Of a stretch of 48,247 bases of DNA, positions 31,348-40,884 are shown one piece after another. Under the pieces are notes generated by a model. The model worked only from the letters and a program-made list of their open reading frames with translations, did not search any database and was not told the DNA's origin. The DNA lies in contig JBPOGH010000026.1 of the NCBI GenBank assembly GCA_051252135.1, forward strand, positions 1-48,247, read 5' to 3'. Position 1 is the stretch's first letter, and each line of letters opens with the position of its first letter. The DNA is from Verrucomicrobiaceae bacterium (lineage in GTDB: Bacteria > Verrucomicrobiota > Verrucomicrobiia > Verrucomicrobiales > Akkermansiaceae). The position numbers and the translations under genes are program-made.

Positions 31348-31961
31348 ACCGGCGGATGCCTCACCCCCCGGAACGACCAGTTCCACTTCAGCGCTGCCAG
31401 ACGGAAGACCACCACCACGGTGGCTCCCGTCAGCATCGCGGCCGGCTCTGCCACCCCCACATGCAGCAGCCCCAGATACACCAGCGCCCCCGCCAGAGCG
31501 CAAGTCGCACACAGCGGCGCCGGCCGGAATAAAGTCGGGATCTCATTGCAGATCACATCCCCGATCACCCCGCCGAAGGTCCCCGTCATCACCCCAAAGA
31601 GCGCCGCGATGTACCACGTCGTCCCGGACTCCAGCGCAATCTGCGCCCCCACCATCGTAAAGAGCGCCATCCCCACCGCATCCGGCAGCGGCAGCAAGGG
31701 ACGAATCCGCGGCAAATAGCGGATGATCAGGCCCGACACCATCGCCAGCCCAAACACCACCAGCACATAATGGCTGTTCGTGATCCAAAACAACGGATGC
31801 CGGTCCAGGAAAACATCCCGCAGCGTCCCTCCCCCAAACGCCGCCGCACACGCCACCACAAACACCCCCACCACATCCATCCCCTGCCGCGCCGCCAACA
31901 AAATCCCGTAGATCGCCGACACCGTCACCGCACAAAATTCAATCGTCACCAAAAAGCTCAT
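31344..31961 (-). CDS. TRIC/UPF0126 (YadS-like) membrane protein
   Basis: MDVVG..AFGGGTLRD and DAVGMALF..TGTFGGVIGD internal repeat. Confidence 0.93.
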   Translation of the reverse strand: MSFLVTIEFCAVTVSAIYGILLAARQGMDVVGVFVVACAAAFGGGTLRDVFLDRHPLFWITNSHYVLVVFGLAMVSGLIIRYLPRIRPLLPLPDAVGMALFTMVGAQIALESGTTWYIAALFGVMTGTFGGVIGDVICNEIPTLFRPAPLCATCALAGALVYLGLLHVGVAEPAAMLTGATVVVVFRLAALKWNWSFRGVRHPPV

Positions 31962-32109
31962 TCCGGCTCACCAAATGAGCCACTTCTCCCCAAATCACAA
32001 CCCCCAAAACACCTCCCCCACCCCCAAAAAAGATTCCCACTTTGCGATTGGGCAGACTTTCCCCTTCACCATAGGCTCCCCGCTAAACATTCCCTTTCCC
32101 TCCTTCCAC

Positions 32110-33546
32110 ATGAAACACCTCCTCGTCCCCTTCCTCGTCCTCACCGGCCTCCTCTCCGCCGCCTCGGACAAACCCAACATCGTTTTCCTCTTTGTCGATG
32201 ACCTCGGCTGGGGTGACTTCGGCCCCTACGGCGCGGAGTTCTACGAAACCCCTCACATCGACCAACTCGCCAAAGACGGCATGCTCTTCACCAACGCCTA
32301 CGCCGCCTGCACCGTCTGCTCACCCAGCCGCGCCGCCGTCCTCACCGGACGCTACCCCGCACGCACCCACCTCACCGACTGGATCACCGGACACGTCAAC
32401 CCCAAGGCCAAACTCCGCATCCCCGACTGGAAAATGAAAATGGACCACTCCCGCGTCCTCCTCCCCGAAGCCCTCAGGGAAAACGGCTACGCCACCGGAT
32501 TCTTCGGAAAATGGCACCTCATGCCCATCGGCCAGCCCGACTTCGACCAACACGACCCCACCCACCACGGCTTCGATCTCAACGTCGGCGGCCGCGAATG
32601 GGGACAGCCCAAAGGCCCCGGGAAATACTTCTCCCCCTTCGACATGCCCGGCCTCGATGATGGCAAAAAAGGCGACTTCCTCACCGACAAGCTCACCGAC
32701 GCCTCCCTCAATTTCATCGATACCAACGCCAGCGCAAAAAAGCCCTTCCTCCTATACTTTTCGTACTACACCCTCCACGGCCCCGTCATGGCCCCGCCCG
32801 CCCTCGTCCAAAAGTACAAGGAAAAAGCCAAAACCTTCGACAACACCAAAAACGAACACCTCGAACCCCGCCGCGCCGGCATGGTCGAAGCCCTCGATAA
32901 CAGCGTCGGCCGCATCGTCGCCAAACTCGAAGAAAAAGGCCTCTCCCAAAACACCATCATCGTCCTCACCGGCGACAACGGAGGCAACTACGACACCACC
33001 ACCGGCGGACTCAAAAACTTCAAAGGCTTCTCACACGAGGGCGGCACCCGCGAACCCTTCATCGCCAAATGGCCCGCCAAGATCGCCCCCGGCACCACCT
33101 GTCATGAAATGGTCATCGGCACCGACCTCTACCCCACCTTCCTCGACGCCGCCTGCGTCCCCATGCGCCCCGAAGAACACCTCGACGGACTCAGCATCCT
33201 CCCCCTCCTCACCGGAAAATCCAAAACCCTCCGGCGCGACACCCTCTACTGGCACTACCCCCACTACCACCGCACCAAACCCTACGGCGCCATCCGCCAC
33301 GGCGACTGGAAACTCATCGAGTTCTTCGAAAACGGCGACCTCGAACTCTACAACCTCAAGGCCGACCAAAACGAAACCACCAACCTCGCCACCAAAAACC
33401 CCGAAAAAGCACAAGCCCTCCTCAAAAAACTCCGCGACTGGCGCAAAGAAGTCGGCGCCCAAATGATGACCCCCAATCCCGACCACGACTCCGCCGGAGC
33501 CGCCAAAGAATCCAAGGCCCCAAAAAAGAAAAAAGCCGCCAAGTAA
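32110..33546 (+). CDS. Formylglycine-dependent sulfatase (secreted)
   Basis: KPNIVFLFVDDLG, CSPSRAAVLTG, GKWH, GDNG, EGGTREP; start chosen at signal peptide MKHLL (ORF opens at 31975). Confidence 0.97.
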   Translation: MKHLLVPFLVLTGLLSAASDKPNIVFLFVDDLGWGDFGPYGAEFYETPHIDQLAKDGMLFTNAYAACTVCSPSRAAVLTGRYPARTHLTDWITGHVNPKAKLRIPDWKMKMDHSRVLLPEALRENGYATGFFGKWHLMPIGQPDFDQHDPTHHGFDLNVGGREWGQPKGPGKYFSPFDMPGLDDGKKGDFLTDKLTDASLNFIDTNASAKKPFLLYFSYYTLHGPVMAPPALVQKYKEKAKTFDNTKNEHLEPRRAGMVEALDNSVGRIVAKLEEKGLSQNTIIVLTGDNGGNYDTTTGGLKNFKGFSHEGGTREPFIAKWPAKIAPGTTCHEMVIGTDLYPTFLDAACVPMRPEEHLDGLSILPLLTGKSKTLRRDTLYWHYPHYHRTKPYGAIRHGDWKLIEFFENGDLELYNLKADQNETTNLATKNPEKAQALLKKLRDWRKEVGAQMMTPNPDHDSAGAAKESKAPKKKKAAK

Positions 33547-33590
33547 CCCATAGACTCTTCCACACCTCAACTTTCTTATCTTCTTTTCCC

Positions 33591-34148
33591 ATGCCAAAAG
33601 TTCTCTCCCTTGTTTTCACTCTGCTCTCCTGTCAGCTGCTAAATGCCCAGGACCTCCTGGAAACCCTTAAAACATTTGAGATTCCTTCCGATAGCCAATC
33701 TCCTTTCGACTTCAGAGGGACAACCGAATCCAAAAAACCAACTTACCAGAAACTCTATGAGGCTAAGACATACTGGGAACTTCACAAAGCCTTGGAGGCC
33801 CACCTTTCCACCTACGAACTTAAGAAAGCCAACCCCTTGAATGGTGCGGAAATCGACACTTACTTTACCTGTAAACAAGCCTACATAAAAACCTGTTACA
33901 TCTTTGGAAAGCTTGATTCTGGCGACCGCTTGATGCTTGAGTTTCACCCAAAATTTAAAGCAGATCCCGAAACTTTGGACAAACAACTGCGCATCAATTT
34001 TGAGGATGAAAGGATCAAAAGAATGGCAGATCAAATTAGAGAGATGACCGCAGATATGGGGGACGTCTTTGCGGACGGACCTCCAAAGGATATCCACGAA
34101 CTTTACGCTCCAATATTAAAAATCATCAGGGAACTCCAAGGCCAATAA
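33591..34148 (+). CDS. Hypothetical secreted protein, AT-rich insert
   Basis: Signal peptide MPKVLSLVFTLLSCQLLNA; many A/T-ending codons, unlike both neighbours. Confidence 0.75.
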   Translation: MPKVLSLVFTLLSCQLLNAQDLLETLKTFEIPSDSQSPFDFRGTTESKKPTYQKLYEAKTYWELHKALEAHLSTYELKKANPLNGAEIDTYFTCKQAYIKTCYIFGKLDSGDRLMLEFHPKFKADPETLDKQLRINFEDERIKRMADQIREMTADMGDVFADGPPKDIHELYAPILKIIRELQGQ

Positions 34149-34166
34149 CCCTCCAACTCACACACC

Positions 34167-35720
34167 ATGAAAAAACTCATCTTCTTCCTCACTCTGATCC
34201 CGGCCCTCCTCAAAGCCGCCCCAGCGGACGAGAGCCGCAGTGCAAGCTCCCCTGCGGACGAGAGCCGCAGTGCAAGCTCTAACACCCCCAACATCCTCTG
34301 GATCTTCTCCGAAGACCTCTCCCCCTACTTCGGCTGCTACGATGACCCCATCAACAAGGGCCACACCCCCGTCATCGACCAATTCGCCTCCGACGGCGTC
34401 CTCTTCAAGCGCGCCTTCGTCCCCGCCCCCGTCTGCTCCGCCTGCCGCTCCGCCATGATCACCGGAGTCATGCAAACCACCACCGGAACCCACCAGCACC
34501 GCTCCAGCCGCTGGCCCGATGGCCAAGTCGTCCCTGAGGACGTCCGCATCCACCTCCCCGAGGGCATCAAGACCATCCCCGAACTCATGCGCGAGGCCGG
34601 CTACTTCACCTTCAACAGCGGAAAGGACGACTACAACTTCCACTACGACCGCACCAAGCTCTACACCGTCGGCAACCACCCCGACTACCAACCCGGCATG
34701 AACGGCTGGCAGGGCAACCGCGCCCACCACAACATGTCCCTCACCGAGGACACCTGGAACGCACGCCCTAATAAAAAACAACCTTGGTTCGGCCAGATCG
34801 AGATCAAAGGCGGCAAGGCCAACGCGCGTTACACCCGCAAGGGCCACGTCCTCAAACCCAACGAAGTCCCCCTCCCGCCCTACTTCCCCGACACCCCCGC
34901 CCTCCGCAAGGCCTGGACCACCCACTACAACGCCGCCCGCGGAGCCGACGTCCGCGTCGAAGCCATCCTCAACCAACTCAAAGCCGATGGCGAACTCGAC
35001 AACACCATCATCTTTTTCTTCTCCGATCACGGAAACAACCAGTCCCTCCGCCATAAACAATTCTGCTACGAGGGCGGCGTCCACATCCCCCTCATGATCA
35101 AGGGCGACCACCCCGCCCTCAAGGACACCGGCGTCCGCAACGAGCTCGTCAACGCCCTCGACATCCCCGCCACCACCCTCGCCTTCGCCAACCTCCCCCT
35201 CCCCGACTACCTCGACGGACAGGACCTCTTCGGCGACACCTATAAAGCGGCCACACACGTCATCAGCGCCCGCGACCGCTGCGATTACACCATCGACCGC
35301 ATCCGCACCGTCCGCACCGAAAAACTCCGCTACATCCGGAACTACCACCTCGACCGCCCCCTCCTCCAGGCTCAATACCGCGACAACCGCCCCGAGCTCG
35401 TCCAACTCAAACAAGCCCTCCGGGACGGCACCCTCACCCCCTACCAAAAGGAACATTGGTTCGGCACCCGCCCCAAGGAAGAGCTCTATGATCTCGCCGC
35501 CGACCCACACCAAATCAACAATCTTACCACCGATCCCAAGTTCGCCGACGAATTAAAACGCCACCGCGACATTCTCGAATCCTGGATCAAAAAAACCGAC
35601 GACAAAGGCCAATACCCCGAGTCCCCCGTCCAGCTCAAGGCCACCTACGACCTCTGGAAAGACAAACCCATCTTCCGCGATGCCAAAGTCAACCCGGAGT
35701 ACGACCAATTTCGTAATTAA
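34167..35720 (+). CDS. Formylglycine-dependent sulfatase (secreted), CxAxR variant
   Basis: PNILWIFSED, APVCSACRSAMITG, FSDHG, EGGVHIPL, EELYDL. Confidence 0.95.
   Translation: MKKLIFFLTLIPALLKAAPADESRSASSPADESRSASSNTPNILWIFSEDLSPYFGCYDDPINKGHTPVIDQFASDGVLFKRAFVPAPVCSACRSAMITGVMQTTTGTHQHRSSRWPDGQVVPEDVRIHLPEGIKTIPELMREAGYFTFNSGKDDYNFHYDRTKLYTVGNHPDYQPGMNGWQGNRAHHNMSLTEDTWNARPNKKQPWFGQIEIKGGKANARYTRKGHVLKPNEVPLPPYFPDTPALRKAWTTHYNAARGADVRVEAILNQLKADGELDNTIIFFFSDHGNNQSLRHKQFCYEGGVHIPLMIKGDHPALKDTGVRNELVNALDIPATTLAFANLPLPDYLDGQDLFGDTYKAATHVISARDRCDYTIDRIRTVRTEKLRYIRNYHLDRPLLQAQYRDNRPELVQLKQALRDGTLTPYQKEHWFGTRPKEELYDLAADPHQINNLTTDPKFADELKRHRDILESWIKKTDDKGQYPESPVQLKATYDLWKDKPIFRDAKVNPEYDQFRN
34221..34280 (+). 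repeat. In-frame 30-bp tandem duplication (PADESRSASS x2)
   Basis: CCAGCGGACGAGAGCCGCAGTGCAAGCTCC / CCTGCGGACGAGAGCCGCAGTGCAAGCTCT. Confidence 0.92.
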
Positions 35721-35782
35721 AACAACGCCCCTGCGTCCGGGGCTTCCCGGCGCTCATCAACAAGTACCTCTCAAAACCGGAC

Positions 35783-36013
35783 TCAGGACCAGTCGGAGTG
35801 CTTCAGCTTGAGCGATCCGCTCCCGAAGGAGAATCCGCTCTCACGCATCATCCGTTTTCTGACCGGCTGGGGAGCCTCGGTGTACACCGGGGCAAGCGAG
35901 ATGTGAACATTGACACTCACCACGTTTCCGCAGTTCGGGCACGGACCGGAGACTTGGGTTCCGGAAAAATTGAGCTGTCGGAGACAGGAGGGGCATTCAA
36001 ACAACAATGTCAT
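35783..36013 (-). CDS. Small zinc-ribbon protein
   Basis: MTLLFECPSC-x14-CPNCG; fits the intergenic gap. Confidence 0.7.
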   Translation of the reverse strand: MTLLFECPSCLRQLNFSGTQVSGPCPNCGNVVSVNVHISLAPVYTEAPQPVRKRMMRESGFSFGSGSLKLKHSDWS

Positions 36014-36190
36014 AGCGGGTGACTCTATGGGTAACGCCACATCCTAATGAAAAATCAGCCGCACCCGCCAGTCACTGCCGCACAACCCCCTATCTTACAA
36101 CGTTTGCGGTCTCACCTAATAATTTAGCGAACCAAATCTTCCTGCACACGGGGACTTGCGATCCCGCAAAATACGTCGATGCTACCCCCA

Positions 36191-37060
36191 ATGGATACTC
36201 AGACGCCACGGTATCACGATGCGGATTCCCTCGTTCCCATCGCCTCCTTCGATTCCCTCGCAAACGCCCAGGAATACGCCCTCGTCGTCCTCGCGATGAA
36301 CCTCGATTGCCTCGTCACCATTCAGGAAGACTCCTACCTCATCCACGCCCCCGAAGCCTTCGAGCTCGCCGTCAAAGAGGAATTCCGCCTCTACGCCGAA
36401 GAACAACAAAACACCGCCCCTCCCCAACAAATCCCCGTCTTCTCCTCCGGCTTCGAACTCCTCCTCATCTGGATCGTCGCCCTCTTCTTCTGCTACAGCC
36501 TCCAGATCGAAAGGCCGGGCTTCACCGACCAATACCTCAACTCGTCCATCGCCGTAACCCAGGGTGGCGAAGTCTTCCGCTCCTTCACCGCCCTCTTCCT
36601 TCACGGCAGCATGGAGCACCTCCTCGGAAACATCGCCTTCGGATCCGTCTTCTGCCTCCTCGTCGCCAACTCCCTCGGCCCCTGGACCGGCTGGGGCCTC
36701 ATCCTCGGCAGCGGCTTCCTCGGAAATCTCACCAACGCCTTCCTCCATCGGAATATCGACTTCAACTCCCTCGGCGCTTCCACCGCCACCTTCGGCGCCC
36801 TCGGACTCCTCGTCGGCGTCGGACTCTATCAGGCCTGGCTCGATCGCACCGTCCGCAGCGGCCTCCGCGTCGTCGCCCCCCTCGGCGTCGGACTCATGCT
36901 CTTCTCCTTCCTCGGCATCGGCGATCCCAGCTCGGTCGATTACAACACCGACGTCATGGCCCACCTCCTCGGCCTCTTCTTCGGTGTCCTCCTCGCCCTC
37001 CCGGTCGCCAAATGGCGGAGCCGCATCTCGGCCCAAAGTTCGCTTGCGCTTCAGAGCTAA
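36191..37060 (+). CDS. Rhomboid-family intramembrane serine protease
   Basis: TALFLHGSMEHLLGN, SLGASTATFG (GxS), AHLLG. Confidence 0.95.
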   Translation: MDTQTPRYHDADSLVPIASFDSLANAQEYALVVLAMNLDCLVTIQEDSYLIHAPEAFELAVKEEFRLYAEEQQNTAPPQQIPVFSSGFELLLIWIVALFFCYSLQIERPGFTDQYLNSSIAVTQGGEVFRSFTALFLHGSMEHLLGNIAFGSVFCLLVANSLGPWTGWGLILGSGFLGNLTNAFLHRNIDFNSLGASTATFGALGLLVGVGLYQAWLDRTVRSGLRVVAPLGVGLMLFSFLGIGDPSSVDYNTDVMAHLLGLFFGVLLALPVAKWRSRISAQSSLALQS

Positions 37061-37076
37061 GCGGCGACGTTGAAAA

Positions 37077-38153
37077 ATGCCCGCCTGGTCCACCGCCGGA
37101 AGATTCCACGCCGCTCTCCTTCGTCTGGAACGACTGGTCGAACGATCCCTCAAAACTTCGTTCCCAAAGCGGGAGATTCCCCAAATCGTTCCCTACTACG
37201 GATACGGCAATCGAAAACAAGTCGTCCTTCGCGGCCGTGTCCTCCGCGATCCGCACACCTGGGATGCCACCGAAGAGGATTCCGGATTCCGAAACTTCCG
37301 CGGCATGGCCGGAAATTGGTTCACCCATGAAATCCCCCATGCCGAAGTGATCGTCACCTTCGCCGGACAGTCCGCCACCACCACCTGCGATGACGAAGGC
37401 TACTTCCTCATCACCCTGCCGGTCCCCGGAGATTTCAACCACTCGGAACCATGGCATCCCTTCTCGGCCCGCCTCGCCTCCGGTGGGGAGGAATTCACCG
37501 GACGCGCCCGCTTCCTTCCGGAGAGCGCCCGCCGACTCATCATCAGCGACATCGATGACACCGTGATCGAGACCGGAGCCAGCCAGCTCTGGCAAATGAT
37601 CAAGACCACCCTCCTCGAGAACGAGCACACCCGCAAAATCTTCCCCGGCGTCTCCCGGTTCTACCGCGACCTCCGCAATGGCCCCTCCGGTAACGAACAA
37701 AACCCCATCTTCTACGTCACCAGCAGCCCCTGGAATCTCCGCGCCTTCATCATGAGCGTTTTCCAGAGCCGCAACACCCCGCACGGCCCCGCCTTCATGA
37801 CCGATTGGGGCCTCGGCCCCACCAAAATCCTCAAGCACGGCCATGGCACCCACAAACTGAACGCCATCCAAAACATCCTCGATTTCTACGACCATTCCCC
37901 CGCCGTCCTCATCGGCGACAGCGGGGAGCAGGACCCTGAAATCTACACCACCATCGTTCACAACAACCCCGGCCGCATCGAAGCCATCTTCATTCGCGAT
38001 GTCTCCGCAAACTCACGCGACGCGGACATCGCCGAACTCGCCACCCAATGCGCGCTCCAAAACGTGGAACTCAAACTGGTTGCCAATACCGGGGAGGCCC
38101 ACACACACGCATCTGCCATGGGCCTCATTCACCGCCCCAGCCCCCTTCCCTAG
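37077..38153 (+). CDS. App1-family (DUF2183) phosphatidate phosphatase
   Basis: IISDIDDTV, FYVTSSPWNL, LIGDSGEQDPEIY, IFIRDV. Confidence 0.93.
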   Translation: MPAWSTAGRFHAALLRLERLVERSLKTSFPKREIPQIVPYYGYGNRKQVVLRGRVLRDPHTWDATEEDSGFRNFRGMAGNWFTHEIPHAEVIVTFAGQSATTTCDDEGYFLITLPVPGDFNHSEPWHPFSARLASGGEEFTGRARFLPESARRLIISDIDDTVIETGASQLWQMIKTTLLENEHTRKIFPGVSRFYRDLRNGPSGNEQNPIFYVTSSPWNLRAFIMSVFQSRNTPHGPAFMTDWGLGPTKILKHGHGTHKLNAIQNILDFYDHSPAVLIGDSGEQDPEIYTTIVHNNPGRIEAIFIRDVSANSRDADIAELATQCALQNVELKLVANTGEAHTHASAMGLIHRPSPLP

Positions 38154-38395
38154 GGAAGCGCTGATTAAAGAGGGAGTTCGCTGCTGCAAGTCATGTTGAA
38201 GTCTGGCAAGGCGCGAAGGGTGACGCTGATGATCAGCGGCTCCCTGAGCAACGCCGCCAGAATCCAAAAGGGCTGCAGCTCCTCTCACCTCGGAAGCAAA
38301 GCTTCCCTGGCTAAAAAATCCTTCAAACCTTTCAGCGTGCTTCCTCTTGAAGCAGTGTTTCCCTGGGGATTTTCGATCCCTCATCATATTTTTTT

Positions 38396-38420
38396 GTAAC
38401 GCATTCGCTCTTCGTTCGTC
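38396..38420 (+). promoter_or_regulatory. ECF-type promoter GTAAC-N16-CGTC, copy 1 (upstream of the sigma gene)
   Basis: GTAAC gcattcgctcttcgtt CGTC. Confidence 0.8.
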
Positions 38421-38452
38421 ATTTCTATCAGGGAGAAGGTCTCCCCCGCACG

Positions 38453-39043
38453 ATGGACGCCGTTAATTCAATCACCGGAGACTTTCTCGCTGCCGCCCGT
38501 CAGGGCGATGAGCGCGTCTCCCGTGAGCTCGTCGATCGCCTCTATCCCCTCGTCATCTCCATCGTCCGCAAAAACCTCCCGCGCAACGAGTCGGAAGAAG
38601 ATCTCGCCCAGGACATCTTCCTCAAAATCTTCTCCCACCTCCACCAATTCGCCGGCAAACAACCCTTCGAGCACTGGGTCTCACGCATCGCCCTCAACAC
38701 CTGCTACGACCGACTCCGCCGCCAGGAAAAACGCCCCGTCATGACTTACGCCGAGCTCGGAGCCGATGAAGCCACCTTCCTCGACCAGGCCCACGCACCC
38801 GGAAACCCCTCCTCCGAGGGCGGCCCCACCCTCGCCCGCGAAATCCTCGAGAAACTCTTCACCTTCCTCAAACCCCGCGAGCGCATGATCATCCAGCTCC
38901 TCGATCTTGAGGAAAAAACCGTCGCCGAAACGGCCGCCCTCACCGGATGGGGTGCCTCCCGCATCCGCGTCACCGCCTTCCGTGCCCGCCGTAAACTCGG
39001 ACACGCCCTCGAACAACTCGAACAAACCCCACGCCATGTCTGA
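38453..39043 (+). CDS. ECF sigma-70 factor
   Basis: EDLAQDIFLK, FEHWVSRIALNTCYD (region 2); LKPRERMII..ETAALTGW..FRARRKL (region 4). Confidence 0.96.
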   Translation: MDAVNSITGDFLAAARQGDERVSRELVDRLYPLVISIVRKNLPRNESEEDLAQDIFLKIFSHLHQFAGKQPFEHWVSRIALNTCYDRLRRQEKRPVMTYAELGADEATFLDQAHAPGNPSSEGGPTLAREILEKLFTFLKPRERMIIQLLDLEEKTVAETAALTGWGASRIRVTAFRARRKLGHALEQLEQTPRHV

Positions 39044-39593
39044 CCAACCTACCCCGGAAGAACGCTGGCAACACGTCAGCTCCTCCCTCCGCCAATCCCT
39101 CGACCACCCCGCCGAACCGCCCGAGCAAGCCCCTCCCGGCTTTGCCACCCGCATCGTCGCCCGCTCCAAGGACACCCCGCGCGCCGGCTTCGGCAATTGG
39201 TCCAAGCCCTACCTCACCGGAGCCGCCCTCCTCACCCTCCTCGGCGCAGGATTCGGTGCCGGACGCCTCGTCCAACCGGACCCTCCCGCCGCCATCTCCC
39301 GGCCCGTCCCCGCCGATCACATCGCGGACGAAATCCGGGAATCCCTGCGCCAAACCCTCAATCTCACCCCCGCCCAACAGGACGCCATCGCTCCGGACAT
39401 CGCCTCCTTCAATACGGATGTCATTGACAATCGCCGCACCGCTCTGGTTCAATACTACGAATCTCTCTTGAACCTCCACGATCAGATCGAGAACAAACTC
39501 GACCCCGATCAACAAAAGGTTCTTCAGGAGAATCGCGCCCTTCTTGTTCAGGAAATCAGAACGAGATTTCCGGATCACCCCGTTCAGCCATGA
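39036..39593 (+). CDS. Putative anti-sigma factor: cytoplasmic N-terminus, TM, periplasmic LTxxQ (Spy/CpxP-like) helical domain
   Basis: Overlaps the sigma stop; APPGFATRIVAR, TM YLTGAALLTLLGAGFGAG, LNLTPAQQ and LDPDQQ. Confidence 0.8.
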   Translation: MSDQPTPEERWQHVSSSLRQSLDHPAEPPEQAPPGFATRIVARSKDTPRAGFGNWSKPYLTGAALLTLLGAGFGAGRLVQPDPPAAISRPVPADHIADEIRESLRQTLNLTPAQQDAIAPDIASFNTDVIDNRRTALVQYYESLLNLHDQIENKLDPDQQKVLQENRALLVQEIRTRFPDHPVQP

Positions 39594-40195
39594 AGTTTGC
39601 CTCCCCGGCTCTTGGACTCACCCTGCTCGCAGCCGCCGCAGGAGTGGGAGTCCTCAAGCACGGGGAAGAACAAACAACCACCACCGGATCCTCGTCCGGA
39701 CCGTTGCCCGCCCATCACGTCTCCACCCGGCACCCCGCTCCCTCCCGCCCCGGAACCTACACCTCCCACCCCGCCCTCACCGAAGAGGAAAACACCCTCG
39801 TCCGCATCGCCCTCAAACAAGTCGGCCAACAACTCGACACCTTCGACGAAGAACTCCACCTCACCTCGAAGCAACGCCGCTCCCTCCTCCCCCTCCTCAT
39901 CAGAACCCATCTCGACTACTCCCCCTACCTCCCCTTCCCCACCGGAAAACACGGACGCTTCGAACTCCTCGGCCCTCCCCTGAATGCCGCCGACTTCGAA
40001 GCCGGCCTCGCCTCCCTCCTCTCTCCCGATCAATCACTCATCCGCGCGGCCGAGCACGCCGAGCGCGACGCCTGGTGGACCTCCATCATCTCCCGCCTCG
40101 AGGACGACCTCCCCCGCGAAGAACTTTCCGACCAATCACCACCCTCCTCGTCTCCCGCAGGATCTCGAAACCTCAACGATCTCCTCGGCCAATGA
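39590..40195 (+). CDS. Exported/anchored hypothetical protein with LTxxQ-like motifs
   Basis: ATGA overlap with the upstream gene; hydrophobic N-terminus; LHLTSKQR, LLSPDQ. Confidence 0.75.
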   Translation: MKFASPALGLTLLAAAAGVGVLKHGEEQTTTTGSSSGPLPAHHVSTRHPAPSRPGTYTSHPALTEEENTLVRIALKQVGQQLDTFDEELHLTSKQRRSLLPLLIRTHLDYSPYLPFPTGKHGRFELLGPPLNAADFEAGLASLLSPDQSLIRAAEHAERDAWWTSIISRLEDDLPREELSDQSPPSSSPAGSRNLNDLLGQ

Positions 40196-40204
40196 ATATC
40201 ACCT

Positions 40205-40229
40205 GTAACAAATCCCGCTCCCGTTCGTC
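40205..40229 (+). promoter_or_regulatory. ECF-type promoter GTAAC-N16-CGTC, copy 2
   Basis: GTAAC aaatcccgctcccgtt CGTC. Confidence 0.8.
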
Positions 40230-40263
40230 TTCACCTCATGAACAACGCCGGCTTTCCACGCCC

Positions 40264-40851
40264 ATGATCACCAAATCCCTCCTCTCCCTCGTCTGGCTCC
40301 CCATCATCCTGGGTGCCTGCTTCCTGCGGGCCGATGAGCAGGCCGATAACCCCGCCGCCGCCCAAGGCCGCACCTTCGGCAATGGCATCCTTTCCAGCTA
40401 CGCCGCCTTCTATGATGCCGATAGCAACGGCGCCCTCTCCACCGAAGAACTCCAGCTCCTCCAAAGCGACCGCCGCAAGATCCAGCTCAACACCCGCAAC
40501 CAGTGGGACCTCGATAAGGACGGCACCATCTCCCCCGAGGAAGCCCGCGCCGCCCGCCTCAAAATCCAACAACGCATCGATGAAACCCGCGTCACCCGCT
40601 TCGATGAAGTCGATACCGACCGCGACTCCAGCCTCACCAAACGCGAGTTCTTCAACATCACCGCCGTCGCCACCGCCAACGCCACCACCCCCGGCGTCGC
40701 CAACACTCTCTTCGAAAATCTCGACCGCAACGGGGACCAACTCATCTCCAAGGAAGAGTTCCTCCGGCGCTTGAACGAGATCACCCCCGTCCCCGTCCCG
40801 GTCGACCGAAGCCCCACGCCGCACCCCCGCCAGCCCGTCCGCAACGACTAG
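40264..40851 (+). CDS. Secreted EF-hand protein (4 loops)
   Basis: Signal peptide MITKSLLSLVWLPIILGACFLRA; DADSNGALSTEE, DLDKDGTISPEE, DTDRDSSLTKRE, DRNGDQLISKEE. Confidence 0.9.
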   Translation: MITKSLLSLVWLPIILGACFLRADEQADNPAAAQGRTFGNGILSSYAAFYDADSNGALSTEELQLLQSDRRKIQLNTRNQWDLDKDGTISPEEARAARLKIQQRIDETRVTRFDEVDTDRDSSLTKREFFNITAVATANATTPGVANTLFENLDRNGDQLISKEEFLRRLNEITPVPVPVDRSPTPHPRQPVRND

Positions 40852-40884
40852 TCCACCGCCTGTCACCCACCCTGTCCACCCGAC

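Noticed and set aside
38013..38399. ORFs 38013-38387 (-) and 38193-38399 (+)
   Set aside because: No motifs or host codon pattern; they overlap the App1 gene end or the ECF promoter region.
39544..40263. N-terminal 240 aa of the 435-aa ORF
   Set aside because: Off-frame overlap with 39590-40195; the EF-hand protein starts at the signal peptide at 40264, downstream of its own promoter motif.
40861..40884. Fourth ECF promoter (GTCAC...CGAC) before the 40885 gene
   Set aside because: Spacer is 14 nt, both elements mismatch, and it abuts the start codon.
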